DNA of 63,802 bases, the filler included, from Choristocarpus tenellus KU-1152 (lineage: Eukaryota > Protista > Phaeophyceae): NCBI GenBank assembly GCA_964200185.2. It is 8 parts of 8 records of this genome, joined end to end, with 100 filler letters (N's around TTAATTAATTAA, not from the genome) between each part and the next. Parts side by side here need not be neighbours in the genome. Positions count along the whole stretch, not along the records: positions 1 to 6,236 come from CAXNAD020008607.1; positions 6,337 to 13,360 come from CAXNAD020006835.1; 6 more parts are not named here. One strand, 5' to 3'. Below are positions 1-13,460 of the stretch, piece by piece; positions within the stretch are counted from its first letter, which is position 1, and each line of letters starts with the position of its first letter. A program made the position numbers and the translations under genes. The notes under the pieces were generated by a model. That model did not search any database, was not told the DNA's origin, and was given only the letters and a program-made list of their open reading frames with translations.

Positions 1-62
1 GTAAGGCCCTGAATGAACACCCTGGTGTAGGCCTCCCCCCCCCCCCACAAATACTTTGAGTC
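1..62 (-). mobile_element. MITE family copy (partial, contig start)
   Basis: ACACCCTGGTGTAGGCC-polyC-CACAAATACTTTGAGTC matches the reverse complement of the left end of the copies at 6341 and 12167. Confidence 0.7.
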
Positions 63-3000
63 TAAAAATAAGACACGCTTATTTTTCTTTTGTAGTGTTT
101 AGAGTCAAAGCTCCACAGACTCGTCTTCCAGACAAATTCCTCGAGTCCCAATAAAATAAAATAAGCATTTCTCAAATAATTTTAGGCAGTCATGCAACAG
201 AGGCTTGCAAAATGATTCTTGACTGTATTTTCTCAGTTTTCTACAAATTCTCTGAGAAATGTTTGGATGAAATTGACTTTATTCTGACACAAGTACTCAG
301 ACGCTAGGCGACAGAGAGAACAGGCAGCCACTCACTCCAATATCAGTAGGGGGTCCCTCCACAATTGTGTACTATAATATCAACACAGGTAGGTTTTGCC
401 TAATAGCTTCACACAATATTTACTATCCACAGTTTTGTGTTACGACTATTAATCACATTTAATCTGAGGGTCAAACTCACGATGAAAAGTAAACCAGAAA
501 AATAGCAATTCGCAATGCTTGAAAAGGGCTAGATCTATTAGAAAAAAAGTGTATACATAATGAGAGCAACAAAAGAAGAAAATGTAAGAGAAAAATCTTA
601 TTACCCAAGAAGGACAGCCAAGAGAAACCAATCCAACACCTGGGGTAGGACGTCAGCAGAGCCAACCACATCACTTTCAGAGTCACACTCAGTCCATCCA
701 ATCCAAACAAAATTCATTGCATCACAAAAAGAGAGAGAGGGACACAAGAATACTCAACCCAAACAGGAAGGGATTACAAGATCAGCAGCATTTAGCACAC
801 AGTGTCGAGTGTGCATGTGCCTGATCGGCTTGGACTGCCCTTACTGGGGCTATAGTATGACATGCATGAGCTATCACAGTTTTCCTGGCACGACATTCAC
901 TTGTCCACGAAACTCTTTCATTCATCCCCACCCATTTGTACCAGCTGTGTTAGTCTGTTGCCTGCATATTCCATCCCTCAACCGTGATTCCAAAGTTCTC
1001 AAGGTCATGCTGTAGGCGCATCTTCCAGTTTCTTCCTGTCCGTCTTGAGTTCATTTTCCTTCTGGGAGTTCCTCAAACACAAGAATCTCCGTTTTTGCAC
1101 GATCACAACAATACTGTCACACCCAGTGTCCACTAGACCATCTATGTAGATAGAACAACATGTGACCAATGCACTATAGGAGGAATTTGTGATGTTGAGA
1201 GCAAAGCTTCATAAAGTGGACCTAGCGGAGTTTCATTCTAACAAAGCCATGTAACTCGACCTCAAGTACTTCAACTTCGAGTATTCAAATATTGAGAGAT
1301 CAAGTGATACATCATGGTTTTGTCTTAAAGTGCTTGGGTGTACTTGCTGAGACAACTGTTGACTGATCTTGGTGGTGGCATCAGCTTCATCGCTGATGGT
1401 GCTTCTAAGGCAGACAAACCTGTCAACCTGCTTATATTGCTGACTCAAAGCCCGGATCTGAACAGTGGCCGCGACCTTGTTGGGAAGTTAAAGATATATA
1501 GTCTCCATCTTCAACTTGAACGATCTGAATACCTTCACAATCAGCACTGTCATCATTCTGACCAACCTTCCTTGGGTCTTGGACACAAGCGTTTGGATGA
1601 TCTGCAAGGAGCACACCCCACAAGTATCACTCCTCCCTTGACAACGACAATGTCCTGGGAAATGACTGGGTCAGCATTGGACTCCTTAACCACTACCAAT
1701 GCATATTACCGCTATGGTGATGAAGATATTGAAGAGGATGCGAGCAAGAACACCGCCTTGCTGACCCTAAATGGTCTAAAAGCAGTCCGTACACTCCTTA
1801 TTGTCCATGCGGAAACATGCCGGCATTCGATTATGGAACTGGTGGATGACTGAGATAATCTTCTCAGGCAATCTCTGAACTTGGCAAGCACAGCCTGCCG
1901 GAGATCTCAGTCAACAAAGCCATACACTTTCTGTGGACCAATGAAACATATGAACTGAGGTACACACTCTTCCCGGTCAAGCTTCTCAGAGAAAATAGGG
2001 TGTACAGAATGTCCAGTGGATCATGGAGGAGACCACCACAACGCACACTGTTCCTCATGGAGTACGTTCTCCGGTTAGAGGTTAGGTCCAGTCTTGAGAA
2101 GCACTTCCTGGCCTTTGCCACCAATAAGATACCCCCATAGTTTCCTCCATGACTGTAACATTCCAAAAATGTGGCATAATGTCCCAGCCCCACAAATCTT
2201 GTGGATAACCTGTAGGATAATCTCATCATCATTGAGACCAAGTTTCTGGATCTCAGCTCTGTTACAATCTCTGATCCCTTCGTAGTCCCGTTTGCTATGG
2301 CCTGGATTGCTTCAGCCGGTTCCAACAGTGAGTACCATACAAGTTGATATTTGGTTGAGGGGTTCAGTATAGTGAAGCGCTTCAGCATGTAGCCCACACC
2401 GTTCCTTGTTGAGCCCTTACTCTCTCAGTACCCTGCCAGAGTCATTGCTGATGTGTTGAGGGGCTCTTGGTCTCATCCTCTAATCAGTAAGGGTACCAAA
2501 ACCAAATCCAGGGACTGTGCACTAGCACACAGTAGTACCTAAGATAGCTTATCATCAACCCTGGAATATCACAGTGCCCAGGACAACGTAACACAACATA
2601 GACAAGTATCACACATAAAACTTCCCAGACAAGAGTGAATGTTCCAGAGCAAATATCCACTAGTGTTTACTGGACAACGGCTGACAATACAGAGGAAATG
2701 GTCAAGAGGATTGCCCTGGACAACAATTGTTAAAACATGGGAATATAAGACCTTTTGTTTGTACCATCCTTTTTATCCCTCCCAACAACAACAGCATAAC
2801 GTAAGGCTCAGGAGTGGTTGAAACTAGAAAAGCGGGATGAAGGCTTTGGTGCACATCCTCAGGGATGAGCTTACGAAGGGTGGTGGATAGAAAGGAAACC
2901 GAGACTAAGACACAGGCTGGCAATGAAGGTGCAGGAAGGGGTCAATTTCTGTCTCTCCACCCTTGAGGTAACACCCCAACTTATTGAGTTGGAGGCAAAG

Positions 3001-4143
3001 GCACAAAAGGGTGGACTGGGGGACGTCTGCAGAGCAAAGAAGAAATTAGTGAGTACTATTGCCTTGGCACCTACCTGGGCGTAGACATATTTGAGGGTTC
3101 CTCCTGGGTGAACCTTAATTGCATTATATACACTATGAGGTGCGTCGCAGTTCACCTAACTCTAACAAAAACCAACGGTAGTATCTCTGCATGCACATAT
3201 GTACAGAAAGCACTAGGGCTTCATTTTCTTGACTCGAAACTTGCTTGAAGCGAGTGCACAGCTTTGGAGCCATCTAGTAGTCTCCATGGTATTCATCCAC
3301 ATAAACACATCCTCCACATCCCAAAAAGGCTCAGGGTTGGTTGGGGACCATCTCAGGACTCAACGATCAGGATCGTAAAATGAAAGAGTGCACTCTTTTA
3401 CACCAAAACAGAGTCTCTAATAGTATTCATTACACTACATGCAGTGAAGAAGACGGCATTCACCCTACAAGTTGCTCTGCCCAACCCCTCAAAATAATAT
3501 TCTGAATACTATTTTCAATGTTTTGATATTCTTACTCACAAACCTCCGCTAGAACCCTCCACTGGTTCCCAGAGGACACAGACACGCGTTTCTTTGAAGT
3601 TGGGGCGGAAACATAGCCACTTGCCTGTAATTTTTGAAGCTCTATTTGTGAGAACAATTTGTCCACTGAAACGAACACGGATGATGATGATGACGACGAC
3701 AACGACGACGACGCATCCCAAGGAAGGACAAAAAAGCAGTATCTCCCCCTCCCCTCTCATCACCAGGATACCACCGAGACAGTGAGTGCAAAAAAGAGTG
3801 CTGAAACACTCCATGCGCAATAAAACGAACGAAATCAATCGGCGAGCAAATACGGAGGTGGAAAAGATACTCTCCTCAAAGTGCAAGCTGCACATATCAC
3901 CATCTCCCTGTAGATACACAAAAAACGCACAAGACGTATGTATTACCCCCCAAAACCCAAGCAAAAACTAACAGCAGTAGCTAAAATGCAGGGCGTGACC
4001 ACAAACATGGTGAAGAGGAACTTGGTCACACCGAGTCGGTGGGGTTCCATGCCCCACCCTCTCTAACTTCTGCTCCATGTCAGTTTCCCACTCTGAGCAA
4101 TAAGACCCACGTGTACGCACACAACAAATTCAATTAGGTCACA

Positions 4144-5516
4144 TTAAAATATTTGGGACTGGGGGGGTTTAGAAGGATCAGGGAAATCATCGCCTTCATC
4201 ACTCGGATGGGTTGACAAGCGCGACATGATCTCCTCCCACAAATGACTGGGTTGATCAGGGTGGTTATGATCAGCAAGGATCGTCTCAACGTCACAGGCT
4301 GCCAGGCACCAGTCGCCGCTTCGAACTTCTGCCTCAAGCTGGCCAGGGCTCCAGCCCGTGTACCTTGAAAAAAACTGCAATAAATACAACAAGGATAGAG
4401 GTAAAACACAGGTCATTGTTGCATGTATCCACATCGCGGACACAGGGATGGGAGGAACGACTGCCTTATACAGTGGAGAGCAACCCCCCCTAACCCTAAC
4501 GCTACACCCTCAACCTATTGTGCGGGGCGGTGACAGCACTTGACCGTTCTATTGGTGGAAAAAAGGTTCTCCATAAAGCGTCACTCCTATGACACCCTTT
4601 CTCTAACAGCCCCTTGTTAAAAATCAATGCACAACTCCTAGGTACAGAAGTCGCTGGGCAGTCCTTTCACGAAGAGCGCCGAGATAGTTGGTTCAACACC
4701 CATCCAGACCCACCACAGCGTTTTCAAAAAGCAAACGCTTCCATTGCTACCTTTGAATCATGCCGGCTCCTCATCTCCAAATTCCAAGAGATAACCCATC
4801 TTTACATTCTCGATCCTCTTGTAGTAGATACTCAGGTGTGCTAGCCATTCTATGAGGTGCACAACAAAGCAACACTGGATGCACTTGCAACTCCCTGTTT
4901 GGATTCAGATATACCATTAGAATATGGCATGAGTCTTGCGGACCATTTCCGTTACGTACAGCGTAGTGAGGGTCCTATCTCACCCAGAATGGAACCACCA
5001 TACAAAAACCAATTCCTCTGGCATGGACACAGTCACATCCCGCTAGGCGTGTACTCACAGGCAGACAATCAATGAAGCAAAAACACACTTCGATGTTCCT
5101 CATCGAGTGCATGCATGGTGTCGAGTTCCAGCAAAATGCACATGCATCTCTCTCTTCAAAAACGGAGGACGGAGAGGTGTCTCAATACTGCCAGAAGGCT
5201 TGAGCAGGAGGAATTCGACCATAGTGAAAGTCCTCCTCACACACACGACCTACAGCATACAATCCGAAATACAGAAAACACCCCTCGAAGACTATAACGT
5301 CCTTGAAGAAACAGACGCCTGAGTCATACCTTGAACTCTTCGGGCGTCGCCCGGCCTTTGTTGACCATCTCAAGGGCCTCCTTCAATCCCCCCAGTCGGA
5401 TGCCTTTCACGACCTTTGGTGGAAGAAAAAAGAGACGCAAGATGATTCATCAGCATTCACAGTCGGTGGTTAAGTCAAGAGCAAGGCCCTCGAGAGGAGG
5501 AGGAGGGGAAGAGAGA

Positions 5517-5548
<32 letters not shown>

Positions 5549-6088
5549 AGGAGAGGACTCCTGCACCCCTCGATCTAACTAGGGATAAAACGCGAACGAC
5601 CTCAACCCAACCAAAGGGCTTCACACAAACACTTTCCCTTTATATAGTGGCTGCAAGCACTCTCCATGTTCACCGAAAGTCTTCCCAACAGATGGGGACA
5701 TCGGGCACGTAGATAGTAGTAGAACGCGCTGCATCACTGTTCTACGGTGAAAAGGACCGGGATCCTTCAGGACGGGCAAAGCATCCACGGGAAAGTAAAC
5801 CTAGGAGCGAAGGGCGTTGCCGTGCCCCCTGCCATGTCAGTAGCAAATCTCTCTACATTCTATTCATCAGGTCTGATCCCTGAGCCCCTTACACAGACAC
5901 CTACTTCAACGCGCTCATCCAATTAAACGGGACTAAAACGGGGCTTAACATACAAGCAGCCCCATTTCCTGGCGGCAGACACTGCTCCTCACCTCTATTC
6001 CAGGCACATCCTCCCGCCCGTGCATGAGGTTGACCACATCCAGACCGTCCGGCCTGGCCCCCATGACATCCCCCCCCATGTACAAGAC
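4144..6088 (-). CDS. DUF179 (AlgH/YqgE-like) domain protein, last three exons
   Basis: Exons 6088-5993, 5413-5330 and 4374-4144, all GT-AG and phase 0. They splice to VLYMGGDV..NLMHGREDVPGIEVVKGIRLGGLKEALEMVNKGRATPEEFKFFSRYTGWSPGQLEAEVRSGDWCLAAC..LWEEIMSRL, which carries the DUF179 motifs YxGGxV, LH, YxGWxPGQLExE..W and LWxxI. The 5' part lies beyond the spacer. Confidence 0.88.
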
Positions 6089-6236
6089 CTGTTTAAGTAG
6101 AAAGGGCGGCAGGGTGAGGTGAAGGGGCGCCCACCCCAACAGGAGGAGGCGGGACGTCAGGGTCACGTGTGTGTGTGTGGGGGGGGGGGGGGGGGGCGTA
6201 GTGGACTTAGGAGGGGGACTGTTGGCTCGCCCCCGG

Positions 6237-6336
6237 NNNNNNNNNNNNNNNNNNNNNNNNNNNNNNNNNNNNNNNNNNNNTTAATTAATTAANNNNNNNN
6301 NNNNNNNNNNNNNNNNNNNNNNNNNNNNNNNNNNNN
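6237..6336. other. Artificial contig spacer
   Basis: 44 N + TTAATTAATTAA (six-frame stops) + 44 N. Confidence 0.98.
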
Positions 6337-6340
6337 CATA

Positions 6341-6528
6341 GCCCCAACGTATCTGGGGGGGGGGAGGGAGGGGGAGGGTCTACACCAGGGTGTCCATTTT
6401 GACCTAAATTTGGAAAAGTGCATTTACATTATCCACCCGACGTATGCAACCAAATCACCCAATAATCGCGACATTAAAAAATCGACCCCAACTGGAGAGC
6501 CGCCACCCCCACCCAGATAATTTGAGCC
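6341..6528 (+). mobile_element. MITE (complete copy), 3-bp TSD ATA
   Basis: Imperfect TIRs GCCCCAACGTATCTGGGG...CCCAGATAATTTGAGCC, with ATA at 6338-6340 and 6529-6531. The internal sequence is homologous to 12167-12340. Confidence 0.8.
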
Positions 6529-6534
6529 ATAGCT

Positions 6535-8497
6535 CTACAATTTTAACCCCCTATTTACCTTAGGGCCAGACCTGAAGTATGGCTCGTTCACAATTGAGAA
6601 GACACCATACTTCTCCCCTCTCACACTGGCCTTTTGTTGGTTCGATCCGACATAGTTTATCTCAGATTTCAAGCGCAGGATGCGAGGAACTTGAGGAGAC
6701 TTCTTGCCTTGTTGTCTAGCAATGGTCATGCGACCGTGATGGGATGTAAGGGCCTTGACCTGGCGGTTAGATAACTCCTTCTCAAACGCCTCCTCAGAGC
6801 CCCACCTGAAGATTGTTGATGGGTGATCAACATTATGTATGTGTATGTATGGCACACAACATAAGGTTGGAAGAGTAATAGACAGAATCATCACGTACGT
6901 TGCGAGGTAGAGAAAAAGAAGGGATCCCCAAGCAGTCGTGGTGAATTCTGGTCCCAGTGTCCATGTACGGAATCCCTTGTTCATGAGACAGGTCGAACAT
7001 GTAGCAATAGAACTACCACTACGGCAGTGCGTAGTGGAGACCATTGGTCGATGCGATTTTAAAATATACATTGCACTCAATACTTCGCACACTCTCTTCC
7101 CTCATGTTTTTTCCCGTCCCAGTCGTGTCAATAGACAAGCAAAGTTCTGTAAAAAATGACTGCAGCAAATACAGAAGAAAAGATCATCCCTAGTTTGTTT
7201 GGTATACTCAACCATAGACTTCTTACAGTCCGAAGGAGAAGAAGTATTGCTGAACACTGCCTCCTTCCTTCAAGGCCGACCAATTTTATTTCAAATACCT
7301 ATCAAGATTTTTGTGGTACAAGTACATTTTACCCTTCATTGCATAGTTTTTGCAGGTGACTTAAAATAATGCGATGTTTACCTGTAGAGGAATTACGGTC
7401 TGGAGAGGGTTCTCTATTGCTAGAATATGATAGAGTCTGGACCAGGGTAGATGTACCCTTCTCTCAGGCCACGCTGGTGATACTCAATGTGACTAACAAA
7501 GCGTACCTTGTCATGGCTTCTGTACGGGCGGCAGAGCACAAAGTGATTGTGATAGCGGCGTTGTTGTGCCGAGCACACCCAGTTTCACTGGCCTTCTCGA
7601 TACGCATTGTGGGCAGATGGTTTATCTGGTTTTCGCAGAGCAAGTAGTGTGCCTTGGCGTAGCTGGACGATAGAAGATGAAGACGACCCAGGGTCGAGGT
7701 ATAGGAGGAAGTCACATGTGAGTGGTCCAAGAAACCATTTGATACAGTAGAGTGATTGTTTTTTTCTCTATGACAACGTAGTGTTGGAGTGGTGGTCGAT
7801 TGCTCATTTATCCAACTTCTCCGTATACTACACTGTTCCTGTCAATGTGGTTACTACACGATAAGCACTCACCCCCATATAGTCCAGACCACGCGAGGTT
7901 CAAGTCGAATGAATGACTAAACATTTATGCTCACTACCACTACGTGATTCACCTGAGACTGCACATCTTAACCCTATCGTCTGTGCGGTAGCAACGGTAG
8001 CAAATGCGCAAGCAGGCTAGTGCAAAGAACATAGCCGTCGGAGTACCACAGAGAGCACACCTCCGCCCCACCAGCGCGGATACGACCTTTAGGCAAGAGA
8101 AGCGCTCAGAAAGGCCTTCCACACCTCCAAACAAAGGAAGAAGCACATTGTGCATATCGAGGTCGCGGAGGTGAGGCTTCCAGTGACTATCATCGCCACG
8201 AATTTGGTCGCGCCAGTATCGGTTGATTCTAGCGCTCGCCGCTAATTCGTGAGTCAGTAGATTGCTCAGAATGAGGCAGCAAGCGCTATCCGGTAGACCC
8301 GGAATGAGCCATGAATTGGCCGTTTTTGGGTCGTCATAATCGCAGAGAAAAGACAAATCAGAGGAGGAGCGATAACTCCCTGTGATACCTGCCTCATCGC
8401 TATTGTGTGCTAGAGTCTGAGTGGTGTTGTGTTCATACACCCCTGAGCCTTCCTCCTCGTCGCCACGACTCTTTTTACGACCGGCTCTGGTCTGCAT
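6535..8497 (-). CDS. F-box protein with XPA-like C4 zinc finger / DNA-binding domain
   Basis: Exons 8497-7953, 7662-7507 and 6805-(6559 donor or 6535 stop), with GT-AG junctions in matching phase 2/2. F-box LIPGLPDSACCLILSNL..INRYWR, then CALC-x15-CYRCYRTDDRVKMCSLSYAKAHYLL...EAMTRWGSEEAFEKELSNRQ. Confidence 0.85.
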
Positions 8498-11400
8498 TGT
8501 TTATCGCTACATGTATGCTTGTGGACTAGGAGTGACAAGGAGGGTGTCGGACTGGCCATCCGAGAGTCAGAACCCTCCATCGTAAGATCAGAGGGGTACA
8601 TTTTTGAATATTGCGAACGTTTGAACAGTCACGAAACACACGATCTAGTTTTGTTTTGTTATGAAGGGGCGTGAAACTAATAAAAAATAAAAAATAGTTC
8701 GAAGTAAAGTTGAGCAGTCACTTATAATTTTTCCATTGTAATACATAATACTGACAACACAAGGGAGAGGAAGTCCTCTCACGAATGATGTCATATGAAA
8801 ACACGTTCAACTTCAGTGCTGCTACTTTGAAATACTTCGAAGTAAATGACTTAATTGTAAGGTAATTCCCGATTGGAGCCAGATTGTGGTTGGATCGTGC
8901 GTTTATCTGTATTACTCTTGAATGTGTCTCTTTTCCTATTATTTATTATTCTTCTATCCCTGAGTTGACCTTCCCCTTCTTTGCCCTTCCTCAGACTGTT
9001 GGCGTACTCATGATTATTCACAGAATAAAAGTGAGACCAGGCGCTTAAAAAAGGTATCTGAACATTGATGATGTTTGATATCCAGTTGAAGCATTAGTGC
9101 CTGGAACGAACAGTCTAATTTAACAATAAAATAAGTCTTACTGTATTGGGTTGTTCTTCTGCCTATTGCATTATTCTATCCCAAAGAAACTTGTGGGTAT
9201 ATTTGCCCAAGAAAAGGAGATACTGGTGGTGGTGCCTTAAGAACTGTTCCCTACCCTCCCTCCACGCGCAGGGCCTTAATACAACCCAAGTCGCAATGGT
9301 AGTAGTCCAAACCCCAGTTCCAGTCTCTGGTTCCAAAGATGTTGTGGCAGATAGGTATTGTATCTTCTATCTGTATGTATTGCAGGGACTTACTGTACTC
9401 CTTTATTGATCTGGGGGGGAAGGCACTATGTACCTATACCCCGTATAGAATCCATTAATTTTGGAGCAAGTGGCTGATTGACAAAAGCAACATACAGTCA
9501 GTACCGCACTAAATCTTGCATTTCTTCATATAATTTGAAGTAGCTCACCATATATCACTTATACACTACGTGGTAGTAGTATGAGAAGTACCATACGCAA
9601 TTATACGTAGAACAATTTAATGTGTTAATCAGAAATATTTTGTACTAAGTAGTTGTCTACGACAACAAAAATATTTGAAATCTGTACGTAACGTTGTCGT
9701 GTGCACTACTTAATAGAACCGAGCACAAAGTGAGATACCCTTACCTTCTAACAATAGACTGAAGTTACACCACTTTGGCCTACTTCGAAGTTTGGCAGCG
9801 AATGTGATTATAGAAAGTACATAAATAAGCGCACTTTGACCTTCAGGGTGAAAAATGTCGATGGGAAATATGAATTTGCCAAATAACATTTCAAAGGCAA
9901 TGACTGTATATCGCAGCAGTACTAGTGACATAAAACCTCCTGCATCCCCCTGTGGCAGAATATTCCAGTTTGGCTGGCAACAGGTAATTATTTGACACAG
10001 GCTATCATAAGCCCATCCCATCTATACTGCCTCCTTACCTCCAATAGTTCAGAGAAGGGGACCACTACTTGCGAAAGAGTAACATCACTGATTTTGTAAA
10101 ACGTTCTACTGGGGAAACTACCAGCACTAAAAATTGAAACACCCTTGAAAATATATCAATGTACTCCCGAGTATGCGGTAGTATGTTTATGTTGTCCTAA
10201 CGATTGTGACAGCACTTGTGCCAGGAGATCAAGGTAACCACAGTATTCCCCTATTATTCCTATTATTGCTTGATACCTCATGACTAACATTGGTATTCCA
10301 AGGAATTTATTGGTAGGGAGGAAGCGCAAAACAAATTGAAGTGGAACCATTTAATATATAGATTATATTGTTAGCATGTCCAATTTACTAGAATACTTTA
10401 ATGAACAAGAGGAACTAAATCGAAGACAAATTACAAACAGCACACTTCTTTACCCCTTTTCCCAAATTTCCACCTACAATACAACTTGAATCACACCCCA
10501 ACCAAAAATAGAACAAGGCTCTCAAGTTTTGTGAAGACAAAAATTTTGGAGGGCATTCACTTACTACGTCAAGAAAGTCAAACAGAACCAAAAGATCCAA
10601 AAACAAAATGCTCATTTAGTAGTAACATATATTTTTTCCTTGTGCTCTTTTTTGGGGGTTAAGTTCAGGGTTAGGGACATATACGTGTATAATACGATGG
10701 GGATCTGGTTATTTCCAGATCATTAGGGTTTGTTTTCAACCAGTCAATTTCACTTTTTCAGTGTGGAAGGAGGTAGTGCATCAGCATTTTCTGAGGCTGA
10801 TCGAACTGGAATGCATATGATTGTAACTATCCGGATCTGATTATTACCACGACATCGTTTGCATCCTGTTTCAATCATAGATATTTTTATGATGAGACAG
10901 TTTATTTGATCAAGGTAAGTTTTTTGGTTCAGATGAAAAACAAACTAGAAATGGTTGCCTACATTCAATATGGAACTGGGTTCATCATCATATCTAAACG
11001 AGGCACAAAAGCAGACAAAACGAAACTATTCAAGAAAGTAGGGTGGAGGAGTTGAAGTTTGAAGTTGATAGATCAGTATCATATTTTTGGTCTGGGTCAT
11101 AGTGGACTGTTGGTGAGCAACATTGTCGTGAGAAAATAGGGTCTGACTGGTGAGGGGCCTTGCCTTAGTAATTACTGTAGGCTCTCTTCTTATTCTGCTT
11201 CTTCTCTTCTATTTCCTCGCAACTCTGGACCGCATTGATTGCTAGGAAGCGATGAGAGCATTTTCAGCAATTATCGATGCATGATATACTCCAGGTAGAT
11301 GACCTCCACATTCATTTCTGCTGCTGGCGTAATGCCTTACCAGCATTTTTCGGTTCTTGCCACGTGGTGAAGCCACAGCAGGTGATTCAGCAGTTTCGTT

Positions 11401-12166
11401 TGATGCAGCAGCTGCACCCACCTCCTCTGGAAGGCCCTCCATAAGATGCGTGTAGGGACTTGAAATTGCATAAATATGTGGTGGATGTTTGTCTACTGGG
11501 TTCCTCCCTGCATGCCTAGGGGTCCTCCGATTTCCCTCCAACCTCTCGAAGTCGTGAAGTATATTTTGGGCAAATCATCCACAAACCAATTTTGCCTTCT
11601 CTGAAATAGTGCCTACCTCTTTCGACAAGACAATCAATACTGCTATTCCACCGCCTCTCAAGAAAGAAAAGGGTGGAGAAGCTCACCATCCATGCCTTCA
11701 TGTGCAGTTACAACCTTTGGAGGCTATAAAAGCAACTTGGTTAGGGTAAGGGAATCCTTGCTGGTTCTCTCATTCCTCGATCTTTGGGCTAGGGTTGGGG
11801 AAATTCAAATGCCCATATTGGGCATTGTGACATGCTAGTAGTACATTGTAGGTTAAGCTAATTACATCGGTATCAAAATTTCAACCATGTTGTGGTGCGA
11901 CTGCTCTCTACTTTATCACGTCCAAATATAGTACCTTCCTCGAGAGTCTGCCTTCCGAAACCTACAAAATAGAGTGCACGCCAAGCCATTCATGAACTTC
12001 AATACAAAGCTGTTTGGAACAAACAAGTGCAATTCAGACTTTTTTGTGTTCGTACTTCAAACAGTGTCTTTTAGCTCCCACTAAAACTAGCACAGAAACT
12101 TGTGCCCATTGAGATACCCACGATCATTTTCCTAGTTCTCACATCTACCAGTGTGTGCTGCGCACA

Positions 12167-12340
12167 GGCTCAGAGTATCTGTGGGGGGTCTACACGAGGG
12201 TGTCCATTCGGGCCCTGACCAGGACAAGTCCACATAAAATATCATTCTGACGCATGCAACCAAATCACTCAAAAATCACGACACGGAAAAATGGACCCCG
12301 AATGGAGAGCTACCACCCCCACCCCAGATACTTGGAATCC
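12167..12340 (+). mobile_element. MITE (complete copy), 3-bp TSD ACA
   Basis: GGCTCAGAGTATCTGTGGGG...CCCCAGATACTTGGAATCC flanked by ACA at 12164-12166 and 12341-12343. Confidence 0.82.
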
Positions 12341-12776
12341 ACACATTGACTGCTGTGTCGAAAAGAAAACGATTTGAATAGTGAATGCTGTCCTTTGACC
12401 AATAATGATGTACAGAGTTTGCTCAAAGGACTCAGGAAAATTAAGTTGGGTATCAATTGCAACTTAGGTTCTTGTGTGGTTTGTTCACATCATCACCCCT
12501 AACACTAGATGTACTGTGACAGTTGCTGTCATCCTGTTTTTCCCTTCCAATCCCTTCCTGACTAGCCCACATCAACAAGTAGCAATAAACAATAAATGAT
12601 GACGTGTTTAACAAGCAATGCCTAAGTCACAGGCAGCACACACAAAAATAAGATTAATCGAGCATGGACTCTTAGCACCCTCTTGAAAGAGGCTATCCAC
12701 CCCTTCCACACAGATACTCGCAATGCATTGTCCCCGCATACTCAACCCCAAAGGAGACAGATGCCTATGCAATGCC

Positions 12777-13111
12777 TCATCTTCTTGGGTGGGGGTTGCC
12801 ATCTTTCCCGCCCACTGTTGCCCTAAAGTCTCGGCCAAACACACAACTAAGTATTCGCCTCCGAGCATGGGCTTCTTCTTCATCCTTTACCCCAAGTTGT
12901 GCCACTGTCAGCTGTGGGACTCCCCCTCCAAACTCCTCAGATAATGCCACAGGTGGTACTCCCTCCCCTCCTGTCCTAGAATGCTCATCATCCTTGTCTT
13001 CTTCCATTGCCTTGGGAGTAGGTGGTCCAGGAACAGGGCGTCTGCAGTCATCTCCTCGACTGAGAAAGTTGATCTCTCTTGATAGGGAGGCCTTGGTCAG
13101 CTCCTTGTACC
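12777..13111 (-). CDS. Possible terminal exon of an unknown gene
   Basis: Open, GC-richer frame YKELTKASLSREINFLSRG..EEEAHARRRILSCVFGRDF after a CAG. No domain recognised. Confidence 0.3.
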
Positions 13112-13360
13112 CTGGTCAGTACAGGGCAGGGAAAGGGGGTGGGCGGCAAGGGGGTGCTGGAAGCTGATGTTATGAAGGTAGAAGAGAAAAGCAGTCAGAT
13201 AGAAGTCTGATGTCAAGGGGGTAAACACATGTACAAGACTAAGGGTTTAGGTACTGGTTGCGCATCGACATTCTTACCAACCTAAGAGCATCAAAGTAGA
13301 CAAATGAAAATAATCTCTCTCTCTCACACACACATGCAAAGCGCATTGTGGGGTGCACCC

Positions 13361-13460
13361 NNNNNNNNNNNNNNNNNNNNNNNNNNNNNNNNNNNNNNNN
13401 NNNNTTAATTAATTAANNNNNNNNNNNNNNNNNNNNNNNNNNNNNNNNNNNNNNNNNNNN
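13361..13460. other. Artificial contig spacer
   Basis: 44 N + TTAATTAATTAA + 44 N. Confidence 0.98.

Noticed and set aside
1000-2460. Coding-like stretch with ORFs 1338-1853 and 1864-2397
   Set aside because: Probably a decayed gene or TE, but there is no assignable motif and there are many stops.
6281-6292. TTAATTAATTAA palindrome recurring seven times
   Set aside because: Always centred in 44+44 N. It is a synthetic six-frame-stop linker, not biology.
11242-11701. Possible LINE C-terminal remnant
   Set aside because: The similarity is too vague to support a call.
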